Shown here: positions 1 through 16,816 of the stretch, piece by piece
Position numbering within the stretch: position 1 is the stretch's first letter
How the letters are laid out: each line of letters starts with the position of its first letter
From: Eledone cirrhosa
Lineage: Eukaryota
Reading direction: 5' to 3'
NCBI GenBank assembly: GCA_964016885.1
Contig: CAXHJY010000289.1
Span: 1-64,000 of the forward strand
Length of the DNA stretch: 64,000 nucleotides
Notes under the pieces: generated by a model
Database searches by the model: none
Told to the model about the DNA's origin: nothing
What the model saw: the letters and a program-made list of their open reading frames with translations, nothing else
Program-made: the position numbers and the translations under genes

Positions 1-922
1 AAAAACACTATAGTAAACTCAGTCCAAAAACGTATCTCTAGGATCTCGTCGAATAGAAAGATTTTTGACGAAAAGGCCCAATACTATAATGATGCACTAG
101 CTAGGGCAGGGTATGCTGATAAGATTGTGTACATAGATAATGATAAACAAACTAAACAAAGTAACAACTTTTTTAATTACGGCAACAACATTAACAACTA
201 TAATAGAAAGCATTACAATAATTCCAAAGGACAAAAAAGAAATAGAACTAGGAACATAATTTGGTTTGCCCCCCCTTTCTCACTAAACATTAAAACCCAC
301 ATCGCTAAATTATTTTTCAAAGCTCTTGATAATCGCTTCCCTAGAACACATAGGTACCACTCAATCTTCAATAGGCATACAATTAAATTAACCTACTCAT
401 CCACCAAAAATTTAGCACAAAATATTAATAGAATAAATAATAGGAACTTAAAACCTACTGATAATAGCATAAATAATATACAAGTTAACAAATGTAACTG
501 TAGAGATAGATCTAAATGTCCGTTAAATAACAACTGCTTAGTTAAAAATATAGTATACAATTGTAATGTTAATACTGACTCTAATTCTTTTAACTACGTC
601 GGTTCCACATCGACGGAATTTAAACTTCGCTATAATAACCACAAGAATTCTTTCACAGATCCAAGCAAAAAAATCTTCAACGGCACTATCAGGCGTACTC
701 TGGCAACTTAAGCTAGATAACGTTAGATATTCGACGGCTTGGAATATAGTCTCAAGAGGGATTCCTTTTAATTCATCCTCTGAGACATGTGACCTCTGCG
801 CAGAGGAGATATTCTTTATACTAAAATCTAAAAATTCCCTTAACCTACGGACAAATTTATTCAGTTGTTGCAAACATAGATTAAACTCAACATTTAAATA
901 TAAATTTAAATTTAAAATGTAG
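1..922 (+). CDS. 3' part of a Penelope-like element ORF (RT thumb, Cys-rich linker, GIY-YIG endonuclease); one frameshift in an A7 run at 667-673
   Basis: Frame 1 is open from base 1: KRISRISS..F...YYNDALARAGY (PLE thumb), RNIIWFAPPFS, CNCRDRSKCPL, NIVY...YVGST..FKLRYNNHK (GIY-YIG). It continues in the next frame as STALS...CDLC..E...L..R..LFSCCKH. The CxCx5C linker resembles Naiad-type PLEs. Confidence 0.9.
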
Positions 923-1293
923 TATATTTAGTTTGATTTATATTTATATGAGAACTAGCCGATAAATCTTTTGATTCCTAAATCTTTGATTCCCTCTTTT
1001 TACTCTTTTTATTGTTTATTTTATTTTATTTATTTTTATTTTTATTTTTATCTAAACATTCCTCATGAAAAATTAAGCTACCCTAAAAGCCGATGCTCCA
1101 AATTTTTTGAATTAACCTTACACTTGATAAACTTATATATTAAATATAGGAACATATGTAGACATTATTGGACATCATAATCTTTTTTGCGATATTCCTT
1201 GCTAGATGTGATTTGATAGATAATTTTTGGCTTTGTCTTATAGTGAACTTGGCAATATATTGTCAATTAACTTTGAAGGGTTGTTCTTTGTGG

Positions 1294-1383
1294 TTTATTT
1301 TTATTTTCATTTTTATTTTTATTTTTATTTTTATTTTTATTTTTATTTTTATTTTTATTTTTATTTTTATTTTTATTTTTATT
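1294..1383. repeat. (TTTTTA)n hexamer microsatellite
   Basis: Directly visible tandem repeat; explains the FIFIFI and YFYFYF ORFs. Confidence 0.95.
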
Positions 1384-2437
1384 CTTTTAGTATTGTAGTA
1401 TTCTATAATATTTTTATTTTTTATTTTATTTTATTTTTATTTTTAATATTTTTATATGTAAATTTTTATTTTTAATATTTTTATATGTAAAGTTTTAATA
1501 CGTAATATTTTTAATACGTAGTATTTTTAATATGCAATATTTTTATTATGTAATATTCTTTCGTAATATTCTTTTTTAGTTTTCTATTCTATATTTTTAT
1601 ATTTTTATATATTTTTACTTATCATTATTATTGTTATCTCTGCTTATAATATAATATATATTTTCGATTAGTATATTGAAATCTGCTCTCTATTTCTGCT
1701 TGATAGATAATCTTGTAGAGTAATCGCAAGAATAATAATACGCTCAAATTTTTATACCACATTGAGAATGTTTTCCGGTAACTTTGAATTTGCGGAGTGA
1801 ATCAGTTGGATTCACATAGACATATGAATTTTTTAAAAAACTAAACATAAGATAATGAATTTTCACGCATTGTGAATACTTGTTTCATCCAGGAATACTG
1901 ATATTTACAATATAGTGTAAGTTTTATAAATACTAATACATTAAAACATAGGGTTTTCTACGCCTCGAATATGTCTGGCTATTTTTAAATTTTTTTTTTT
2001 TCTCTCTCTATATCTCTCTATATATCTCCCTTACATTAATACTTGAGCTAAATAAATAAATAAATAAATGCATCATTGATACACTTACTCAAAATGACCT
2101 CCCACTACCTAATTTTTCTATATCTATATTTATATATGTATCTATCTCTATTTCCTCTCTCTCTCTATATATATATATATATATCTTTCTGTCTCTTTAC
2201 ATGAAGCTCTTCGCTTTATCTATTTTTCCATCTCTCTATTTTGTCCCATGCATTTCTTCTTTTTCTTTTTCTTCTTTTTCTTCCTTTTCTTCGTTTTGTC
2301 TTTCTTTCTTTCTTATTTCCCTCTTTTCTCTCTCTCTCTTTCTTTCTCTCTGTATTTTCACTGCTAGAGTAAACCTCTTCAAATGAAGATGATGTTTATT
2401 ACGGTATGTCGAATATATTTATCTATAAAACTGTTTA

Positions 2438-2512
2438 TATTGTATTTTGTCTGATGAAGGCATAGCATATTGTTAATATGATATCCCCGAAATATATATA
2501 ATGAAATAAATA
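2438..2512 (+). ncRNA. Minimal type-I hammerhead ribozyme
   Basis: Stem I TATTGTATTTTGT / ATGAAATAAATA; CTGATGA 2451-2457; stem II GGcATAgCATATT-gtt-AATATGaTATcCC; GAAA 2489-2492; palindromic stem III ATATATAT; cleavage triplet AUA ending at 2500. Confidence 0.8.
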
Positions 2513-2636
2513 TGGTTTTATAAATATAGTTTTCCATTTATTTAATATTGTAAATATACTCCAAGTATTTGTCGAGTGCTTTTATATCAGTTATAAATAT
2601 TTACTAGTTGTAACCCAACAATTTTAAATATAACTT

Positions 2637-3455
<819 letters not shown>

Positions 3456-3456
<1 letters not shown>

Positions 3457-5498
3457 TCATCATCATCATCATCAGCGTTTAACGTCCGTGTTCCACGCTT
3501 GCATGGGTTTGGACGGGGGTAGTCCCACTTGAGGCAAGAGTGATTGTCTTGCTCGCATAGGACTGTCTGGCAGGTTTTCTACAGTTGGATGCCCTTCCTA
3601 ACACCAACCACATTTACAGTGTGGGTCTGGGAGGTTTTTACCGTGTTGCCCACACGGCCACATTACAGCGTGGACTGTGTGTTTTTTTGTCGTGACACCT
3701 ACACGATCTCATTTGTTTCGGCCTCGATGGCGCGGCACCAACATAACTTTACATAGAACGGGGTGGTGTGGATCGGGTGGGGGTGGTGGGACGGGGTGTA
3801 TTTGTTAGAGATGCCTACTGGCTGGAGTAGGTTTTACTATATATTTAGGTAAGGCGGGTCTTCTCTGTTACTGAGTACCGCCAAAGGTCTCGGTCCAGTG
3901 ACATTGTCTTGGAGAGGTGTAAGTGTGTGATGTCGGAGTTTATCAGCTCGTCCCAGGTTTTTCTAGGTCTGCCTATTCCGTGACTACCGTCTATCTTTAT
4001 TGCCCTGCACTTTGTTATACAGCTATCGACTTTCATGCGCATCACGTGTCCATACCAACGTAGCCTTCTCTCGAGTAAACAACATCTGATCCCTCTTATC
4101 TCTAATTTATTCCTTAGTTCGTTTATGCTTTGCCGTTCACGTATATTACTGTTACACATCCAGCGGAGCATGCAAGCTTCGTTCCTCTCTAGTCTGCGTA
4201 TATCCTCTGCACACAATGCCCAGGTCTCACTGCCATGCAGCATTGCTGTTCGTATGCAGGCATCGTACAACCTGCCTTTCATTTTTAGTGAGAACCCTTT
4301 AGCAGCTAATAGTGGTATAAGCTCTCTGAACTTTTTCCAACCAGTTCTGACTCTAGCTACAGTACTTTCAGAGCACCCTCCCCCACTGCTGATTTTATCG
4401 CCCAGGTAACGGAAGCTGTCCACTATTTCTATAGAACCCTCTGCGCAATTGAAAGAGCTAGTAGTTTGTGGGCACTTGCTGCTACTTATTGCACCAGAGC
4501 ACCGGCCACATGTAAAATCTATGTTCTTAGTTAGCCTACCTGTGATCCCACTACATCTTTTATGCACCCATACTTTGCATTTAGGACATAAAATGGAGTT
4601 TCTACCTACGCCTTTCCTACACACCGAGCACGACCATTTCCCAGAAGGGACCGCCGCCTTGTTTTCTTTCCTACAAACTAGTACTTTGGTCTTAGCCAGG
4701 TTAATTTTAAGTCCTTTTGACTCTAGGCCGTGCTTCCATGTTTGGAATTTCTTCTCTAGCTCGGCCATTGATTCCGCTATGAGTGTCAGGTCGTCTGCGT
4801 ATAGGAGTTCCCATGGGCAGCCTGTCTTGAACTCCTCTGTTATGGCCTGAAGGGCAATAATAAATAGTAGTGGACTGAGAACAGAGCCCTGATGGACGCC
4901 GACTTTTACGCTAAACTCTTCACTATATTCGTTGTTAATTCTAACCTTGCTGACTGTTTCTTTATACATGGCTTGTATAGCCCTCACAAGCCATTCGTCA
5001 ACGCCTAGTTTTCTAAGAGCCCACCAGATAATGGAGCGGGGGACTCTGTCGAAGGCTTTCCAAGTCGACAAAAGCTAAGTAGAGGGGTTTACCTTTAGCT
5101 AGGTACTTCTCTTGTAGTTGTCGTACTATGAAAAGAGCGTCTGTGGTACTTTTGCCTGACACAAACCCGAACTGCATTTCATCTAGGTCAATTCTCTCTC
5201 TGATTAGCTGCGCTATTACTCTTTCCGTGACCTTCATGACCTGGTCGATTAATTTAATGCCTCTATAGTTACTCCTATCTAGGGCGTCTCCTTTACCCTT
5301 ATAACAGTTAACGATGATGCTGCTATGCCAGTCCTTCGGAACAACCCCGTTTTGTACGACTTGGTTAACTATGCGGGTGACCATGGTGTGTCCCACCGTG
5401 CCAGATGCCTTCAGCATCTCAGCAACTATTTCCGAAGGCCCAGCCGCCTTACCAGTCTTCATATCCTTGATTGCCTTACTTATTATACTCCCCTCGAT
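3456..5498 (-). mobile_element. 5'-truncated RTE-clade LINE with about 390-bp 3' UTR and (GAT)n tail, inserted in a TA microsatellite
   Basis: RT ORF on the minus strand; 3' end ...CCCATGCAAGCGTGGAACACGGACGTTAAACGCT(GAT)n; (TA)n on both flanks. Confidence 0.93.
3845..5498 (-). pseudogene. RTE reverse transcriptase with embedded PHD finger; frameshift near 5058
   Basis: Motifs GKAAGP, NYRGI, QFGF, AFVDLE/KAFDRV, GVHQGSVLSPLLF, YADD, FRYLG, RRLRWYGHV, GRPRKTW. The two predicted ORFs (5013-5462 and 3845-5071) join at DLEKAFD. Confidence 0.92.
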
Positions 5499-10012
<4,514 letters not shown>

Positions 10013-10071
10013 TCTAAATGAATGTTTTAAGTTACTATGTCGTTATATCAAGACAGGCACGTCTACACGTA

Positions 10072-10102
<31 letters not shown>

Positions 10103-10167
10103 GTAGGTAGGTAAGGGAGCTATAGTAACTTATGAATCAACTATTTATTCCCTTCAACAATAATTAT

Positions 10168-10560
10168 TACTCTCGTGTCTCGAATAATCGTCACCTCCTG
10201 CTTATTAATTTTTCAGATTTTTTTTTTCTATCTCTGACGCTCTTATTCCACCCCACCGCGCTCATTAAATTTTGCTAAACTATCTCCGGTGAAATTTCAT
10301 TTTAAGTGGTAGCATTTCTGCGACAATTGATATTCTTTAGGCATTAAAGGACAAAAATTATTATACATGAGAAAAAAAGTACATTATTAGAAATCACATA
10401 TATTATAAAACAAATAGGATGGATTGGGGTTTCAATATGTAAACTAATCGACTAATTCTGTTTCTTTTTTTTTTAAATCAACTAAGACAATCTAGAAAAA
10501 TTACCGATTTTCCACCACCCCTGCTTATTCCACACCCCTGTTATTTGGGACCCGAGAGTA
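10168..10560. mobile_element. MITE with about 20-bp terminal inverted repeats and TA ends (Tc1/mariner-like)
   Basis: Left TACTCTCGTGTCTCGAATAA versus reverse complement of right end TACTCTCGGGTCCCAAATAA (17/20); no coding capacity. Confidence 0.7.
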
Positions 10561-10638
10561 TTCGTCTAAATCTTTTCTCACGAAATATAATTAAAAGGAA
10601 AACAGTTTGTCCGTGTGTGTGTATATATATATATATAT

Positions 10639-10780
10639 ACTATATTTATAAAACCATATTTATTCTATTATATATATTTCAAGGGTACCAAAAACTTCAT
10701 CCATCAGATAAAATACAAAGTGTTTTATAAATTTTGACATGGCCAAGGAAACATACCTTATCAGTTGAATTTTCCTTGTG

Positions 10781-10848
<68 letters not shown>

Positions 10849-10895
10849 TATATATATATATATATATATAGTGTATATATATATATATATATATA

Positions 10896-10937
<42 letters not shown>

Positions 10938-11095
10938 TATATATATATATATACTACCCAAGGAAAATTCAACTGATAAAGTATGTTTCCTTGGCCATGT
11001 CAAAATTTATAAAACACACTTTGTATTTTATCTGATGAAGTTTTTGGTACCCTTGAAATATATATAATAGAATAAATATGGTTTTATAAATATAG
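10639..11095. repeat. Inverted repeat (about 145-bp arms, 10639-10785 and 10953-11095) around a (TA)n spacer; Penelope pLTR-derived
   Basis: Arms are near-identical reverse complements and are homologous to 2440-2545 (GAAATATATATAAT..AATAAATATGGTTTTATAAATATAG). Confidence 0.88.
11024..11074 (+). ncRNA. Minimal hammerhead motif with weak or partly deleted stem II
   Basis: TATTTTAT-CTGATGA-agtttttggtaccctt-GAAA-TATATA-TA-ATAGAATA. Confidence 0.6.
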
Positions 11096-11113
11096 TTTCC
11101 ATTTATTTAATAT

Positions 11114-11178
<65 letters not shown>

Positions 11179-11236
11179 GTGTGTGTGTAGATAGTAAACA
11201 TGTATACAGTATCTATTCATTATTTAAATATTGTTT

Positions 11237-11358
11237 TGGTCTGAGTTCAAATCCCGCCGAGGTTAACTTTGCCTTTCATTCTTGCGGGGTCGATAAAATA
11301 AAGTACCAGTAATACACTGATATAATTGCTGGCCTTGTGCCAAAAGTAGAAACAATTG
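11237..11358 (+). mobile_element. 5'-truncated tRNA-derived SINE (family A) with 14-bp TSD
   Basis: B-box GAGTTCAAATCC and GCCTTTCAT..GGGGTCGATAAA core; TTTAAATATTGTTT on both sides (11223-11236, 11359-11372). Confidence 0.85.
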
Positions 11359-11639
11359 TTTAAATATTGTTTGTAAATAGTTTATAAAATAACTGTTTTA
11401 TTTCGTCCCTGTCATAGAAAATTATGATGTTGGTGTTGATTGTCGACATGGGTTGTTGTTGTTTTTATAGATATATAAACATTATAAGCACTCGTGTTTT
11501 GTTTCACGTTGCCGTGTACTTTCTCACTGTTTACTATGACTTGATAACATTCACACTCATACACACGTCACTTGCAATCGCCAACCAGTCTGATCGGTCT
11601 CGGCTATTATTATATCAGTGGAGTCGCTTTTGTTATGTT

Positions 11640-12077
11640 ACAGTAGTTGTTGTTTAGACTCCCCTCCCCGCAGGTCAACTCTAATTGAGCAGACGCCTAT
11701 GATCAAAGGTATTTCAGTCGTGACCATCCCGTTTTGCTGTCAGGCATAGTGTGTCGAGAGCCGCATTTTTTCGTGTGTTCGGGATTCGTAAAATAGCGTG
11801 ATGTGATTTGAAGGGGCTGTTGTTTCTAGCAAGTCAAACGACATATTCTGTTTTTATATATACACATCCACCAGAACCACTGAGGTAACCTCAACGTGGT
11901 TGTTTGACCTGCTTGAAATTTCTCTCAGTGCACACCCCTCCTTACTAGAGAAGGGGGGATACATTGAACAATGTAGTCCAAGATATACCCATTACAAAAA
12001 GACAAGATAGTCACAATTAGATTACCTTTGATCATATATTTATTCGATCAGGACTGACCCGGGGCTAAACAACAACA
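11640..12077. mobile_element. Two divergent copies of a dispersed retroposon-like repeat ending GGGGCTAAAC(AAC)n
   Basis: 11640-11845 (-) and 11880-12077 (+). Related copies near 12640-12790, 20760-20930, 23870-24040, 25400-25620, 33100-33230, 35630-36000 and 51680-51865. Confidence 0.65.
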
Positions 12078-13402
12078 CATCCACTCGCCTTTTATTCTTA
12101 TAATTCACACTTTGATGACTTGATAACTTCCCCCACATACCTGCTTGTTCTTTCTATCGGTCTCTCTTTCTCTCATTTTAGCTAACTACTGGTGCATTGC
12201 ATTGATCTTTGTCTATACTTATAATGTATTTTCATTGTACTGATCGACAGCTGTAAAACCCAACTCTTTCTTCCCAGCTCGTCATTCAAACATTGGGATT
12301 GGCTAAAATCACACACCCAACACAGGCGATAATGTGTGTCACATACTGGTTGGGGCTCGTAGGAATATTACAATTGTAACATTAATTTCTATGTTATGTT
12401 TTATTTATATTTGAGGAAGTTTTAAAGTTCTGCAAAACTTTTTAACGGCAGCCTATTGTACGCATAAAATATACCCCACTTCCATTTACTATATAAATAA
12501 AATGTTTTAATCTTGGCGACATAATCTTTAGAAATTGTGGTGTTTGTGCGTTGCTTTTTTTTTTTTTTTTTTTTTTTAAGGATTGATATAAAATGACTCC
12601 ACATTTACTTTCTAATCTAAAACGTTTAATACTATTTCTTGCTGTTTAGGCCCAGATAAACCCTGATAGAGCAGACAATTGTTTAAAGACATTCCAGTCG
12701 TAACTAGCAGTGTATTTCCCTAATCCAGTCGGCCCATTTTTTTTAAGATTAGGTTTTTTTAGAGATTTAGCTGCTATTTCTGGCAGATGGTGGCGATGTA
12801 AAATACTCCCTCGTTATCTCGACATCTCAAAGTTGTCTTGTTTTAGTTGGCACAGTTCCATATTTTTTATTATGGTTAGGGTTACTTTCAGTTGACTTGA
12901 TTTTAGTATATACCATTGATTATTTCATTAGCCTCAGAAGATGCCCACCCCGTGTCCCATCACGTCCGCCACTAATTGGCTAGAACTAGTAGTAAAAGAC
13001 TATTAGTTTTAGAACTCAGAAAACATGAAGCAGCAGACGAGGTGCCATTAGGCGTCACTAATTCTAATGCTACTAAAATTATCAAATGTCTTTCCTTTTT
13101 AAATGCACTTGTTTTTATATTTGTTTTACAAACGTGTAATTTAAGAGGGTCATAATGTCGATCAAAATACAAACACACCCACACTGGTTGAATTCCATTT
13201 AGGTTTTATTATTAATCAGATAAAATAATGTACCAGTAATGTACTGGGTAATTGCTGGCCTTGTGCCAATAGTAGAAACAATTATTAATCAGATAATTAA
13301 TCCATCAATCAGTTGGTTAATCAATTATGTCTTTTTATTATAGTCTGTGACCTTATTGGTGGCTTGTCTCTGCCTCGTCTACCCCTCAACTTTACTCCAA
13401 CG

Positions 13403-13414
13403 TCTCTCTCTCTC

Positions 13415-13499
<85 letters not shown>
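13403..13499. repeat. (CT)n microsatellite
   Basis: Directly visible. Confidence 0.95.
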
Positions 13500-13502
<3 letters not shown>

Positions 13503-13673
13503 TTAAGGATACTATTTATGGTTATGTGGTTTGGAGGAAACAATTGTAAGCAAATAAATGATTTAAACTGAACTTTGATTCATGTAATTTCTATATATAT
13601 ATATATATATGTTCAAAATATTAATAAATATAGACATTCATGTGATAAAATATATTTTATTATATTATACATA

Positions 13674-13883
13674 CAGTTTACTCAGCTGTAGAAATGAGAT
13701 GATAGGGACTGGGGTCCATATCATTCCACTGCAAAGTGGTCTTGGAGGTGCCACGGAAAAAAAGCACCCAGCACTCACTGTAAATGAGGTTGGTGTTAGG
13801 AAGGGCATCCAGCTGTAGAAATCAAGCCAGAATCAGTTCCCGTCCCACCCTTGCAAGCAGGGAAAAAGCGGACATGAAATGAA
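13674..13883 (+). mobile_element. 5'-truncated SINE (family B, RTE-type tail)
   Basis: Closely matches 59609-59820; tail CCCTTGCAAGCAGGGAAAAAGCGGAC. Confidence 0.88.
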
Positions 13884-14077
13884 ATTTCAGAGGTACTGAG
13901 CTATTTCAACAGTACGTCCTCATCAGATAAAATAAGTTGATGCCTGACATACCTTGACTATGTTGATGGTTATAATTTAGTCATGGCAGTGATTAGTTAT
14001 GACAACTTGTCATAACTAATCACTGCCATGACTTAATTATAACCATCAACATAGTCAAGGTATGTCAGGCATCAACT

Positions 14078-14143
14078 TATTTTATCTGATGAGGACGTAC
14101 TGTTGAAATAGCTCAGTACCTCTGAAATATGTATAATAAAATA
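14078..14143 (+). ncRNA. Minimal type-I hammerhead ribozyme
   Basis: Stem I TATTTTAT/ATAAAATA; CTGATGA 14086-14092; stem II GGAcGTACTG/CAGTACcTCT; GAAA 14124-14127; stem III ATATGTAT; AUA cleavage triplet. Confidence 0.8.
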
Positions 14144-15434
14144 TATTTGATCACATGAATGTCTATATTTATTAATATTTTGAAGTAATATTAATAACTC
14201 CAGAAAACCCACTGTAGAGTGCTTCTAATCTATTGTGAAACTTTATTCATTGATGAATTCATTGAACCTTGTTAAAGTTTTGGTGCCCCAGCATGGCCTC
14301 AGCCGGATGGCTGAAACAGGTAAAAGAGTATATATATATATTTATTAAAATAATATATATATAAATTACCTGATAATAAAACTGAAGTGTATGATCTTGA
14401 TTGACACCTTGACCCTCCCATTTTAAATATCAGATTCCACTGGTGCTTTCAATACGCTCTTTAAGATGCAAGCAAATCAAGTTTTTTTTTTTGGGGGGGG
14501 GGGGGGTCATCTTAGTTATTTGTTTATTTTTTATTGTGTTAACATATCTAATTTATTTTTATTGTATATCCAAAGAAATAATTGTGACTTGTGTACACGA
14601 GTCCAGTTGATATGTGTATGAATTTATTCAGTCAAGGCCTCGAACTCAGAGCTTATCCCAGTTTCGAGTGGCATTAAGCTACTGGAAATACATTTACCTG
14701 TGGATGCATGTCTGTCACAAAATCACAAACTGACTGGAAACAAATTCAAGAGTCTTATCTTTTCTGCTTGGCTTTGGTGACTCTTCATTTTGAACTCTGG
14801 TCATAAAACTCACGTGTAGAATATTTAATTTGTAGCTCTAGACTGAAAATATGAATACTGTCCAAGAGACCAGCTGTACATACACTACGTAGTTAATAAT
14901 TTAATACAAACACCTTCCAGGCTAATGAAACATTTAAGAAATCAAAATATCTCGTTTACACCTTCAGACTTTATTGCCAAACCACACTGTCTGTAGTTTG
15001 TTTATATTTTGCTATAACTGCTCAATGGTACTCTCCTCTATCTGTCCTGTTTTGCCCATAATAAATACATCCAGAATCTTCTACCTCCCCATTTAGTTTT
15101 TGACATGCCTAAGAAGTTGTAAAAATTGTACCGTCTGGCAGGTTTCCGGAGTCTTTCCTCTACCCTTCACACACGTACACCGACAACTATTAATAATTTG
15201 TATACACATCTACACACTCACACAGTATTATTAGTAAGGTTTTATGCATACAAATAGGCTACTATCAAAGTATTAGAAACAAATACTAATCAGGCGTACA
15301 AGCCCCCCACCCCGCAGTTTGTGATCTACTTTAAATAGAGGATTCTCTCTCTCTCTCTCTCTCTTAATAGCTAAACAAAAAACAGTCCCTTTCATGAGAC
15401 ACTAAGCAAATGGCCGCTAAAAATAGGTGCTTGG

Positions 15435-15726
15435 TATTAGTATACATATTTAGTAAGTATTCAATACATACACATCCAGTCTACACCACAAGCATTAACT
15501 AAATATATATGTGTATATATGTATACATGTGTGTGTGTATATGCATGTGTATATATGTATACATATGTGTGTATATATATATATATATACACACTCACAT
15601 ATGTATACATATATACACATGCATATACACACACATGTATACATATATACACATATATTTAGTTAATGCTTGTGGTGTAGACTGGATGTGTATGTATTGA
15701 ATACTTACTAAATATGTATACTAATA
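15435..15726. repeat. Inverted repeat with about 72-bp identical complex arms around a TA/TG/CA spacer
   Basis: TATTAGTATACATATTTAGTAAG...GCATTAACTAAATAT and its exact reverse complement ending at 15726. Confidence 0.92.
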
Positions 15727-16352
15727 AATAAACCGAACATTATAATAAATGTTCGGTAAACCCATACGTACATATATATATATGTGTGCATGTATGTATA
15801 TATTTAAGTAACAGCTGTACTAAGAGGGAGAAATGAAATTTCGTTTCACTCTTTTCCATTTATCGTTTTCGGTGCGCCCGGCCGACTAACTCACTCGATA
15901 TGCAAATTAGGCTGCTCAGCCATTAATATGCATAAGGAAAGTATATACTTTCAGACGTTCAATCATCTGATAGAAAGGTATACGATGCTGACGATAGCTA
16001 ATAAGCTTGAAACTAGTACATCGTTCCTGTGTCAGTGTTGAACAAAAAGGCGACGATGGTTGCCTGAACACTGTACGGCGTAATTCGGGCTGTTTGTTTA
16101 CAAACAAACCGAACATTATAATAAATGTTCGGTAAACCCATACGTACATATATATATGTGTGCATGTATGTATATATATATATATATATACATACTACTG
16201 TACGTCTGTATACATACATATATGTATGTACGTATACATACATCATGATCATTTCATTTTATTTTACGTCCGCTTTTTCCCTGCTTGCAAACTTACATTT
16301 AAGTATCAGCCGTACTAAGAGTGAGGAATGAAATTTCGTTTCATTCTTTTCC

Positions 16353-16358
<6 letters not shown>
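15727..16358 (+). mobile_element. Non-coding element of about 375-bp period with about 135-bp terminal redundancy (pLTR/retrozyme-like)
   Basis: 15730-15863 is repeated at 16106-16358; the second copy is interrupted by microsatellite and a SINE tail at 16241-16290. A hammerhead lies between the repeats. Confidence 0.65.
15982..16024 (+). ncRNA. Minimal type-I hammerhead ribozyme (cleanest copy)
   Basis: ACGATG-CTGACGA-tAGCT aata AGCTt-GAAA-CTAG-TA-CATCGT: perfect 6-bp stem I, 4-bp stem II, palindromic ACTAGT stem III, GUA cleavage triplet. Confidence 0.88.
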
Positions 16359-16407
<49 letters not shown>

Positions 16408-16816
16408 GTGAAGCCCCCAGCCCACACTGTAATGGTGATGGTGACATGGCAAAAAGTGCTTAGCCCACACAGTAAATTGGTCATGTAGGCAAAAAGTACT
16501 TAGTAAATGAGGTTGGCATTAGGAAGGGCATCCAGCTGTAGAAACCAAGCCAGAATCAATCCTGTGTGAGCAAGACGTGGTCGCCTGACCTAGCATTGCC
16601 CACAACAGGACAACCCAGCTAACCTATGTTAGCGTGGAAAATGGACGTAAGATGAGGTGATGATTGTGTATGTTATGTTGGTGCCACAAAACATCCAGCC
16701 CATACTGTAAAGTTGTTGTGTAGGTGTCACGACAAAAATTGACCATCCACAGAAGGAAGGGAGGAACTGCCATTTTCCTGCATGATTCCTATATGGCAGA
16801 TGGAAATATAAAAAAC

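Larger units (their letters stand above)
1..2636 (+). mobile_element. Penelope-like retroelement 3' end including AT-rich 3' UTR / pseudo-LTR
   Basis: PLE ORF followed by about 1.7 kb of AT-rich sequence carrying a hammerhead motif at 2438-2512; ends at a (TA)n tract. The right boundary is approximate. Confidence 0.7.
13612..14184. repeat. Long spacerless palindrome centred at 14006; left arm interrupted by a SINE
   Basis: 13884-14005 mirrors 14007-14127 almost perfectly; 13612-13673 mirrors 14128-14184. Confidence 0.92.

Noticed and set aside
4035-4850. Plus-strand ORFs of 124 and 133 aa
   Set aside because: Antisense shadows of the RTE ORF.
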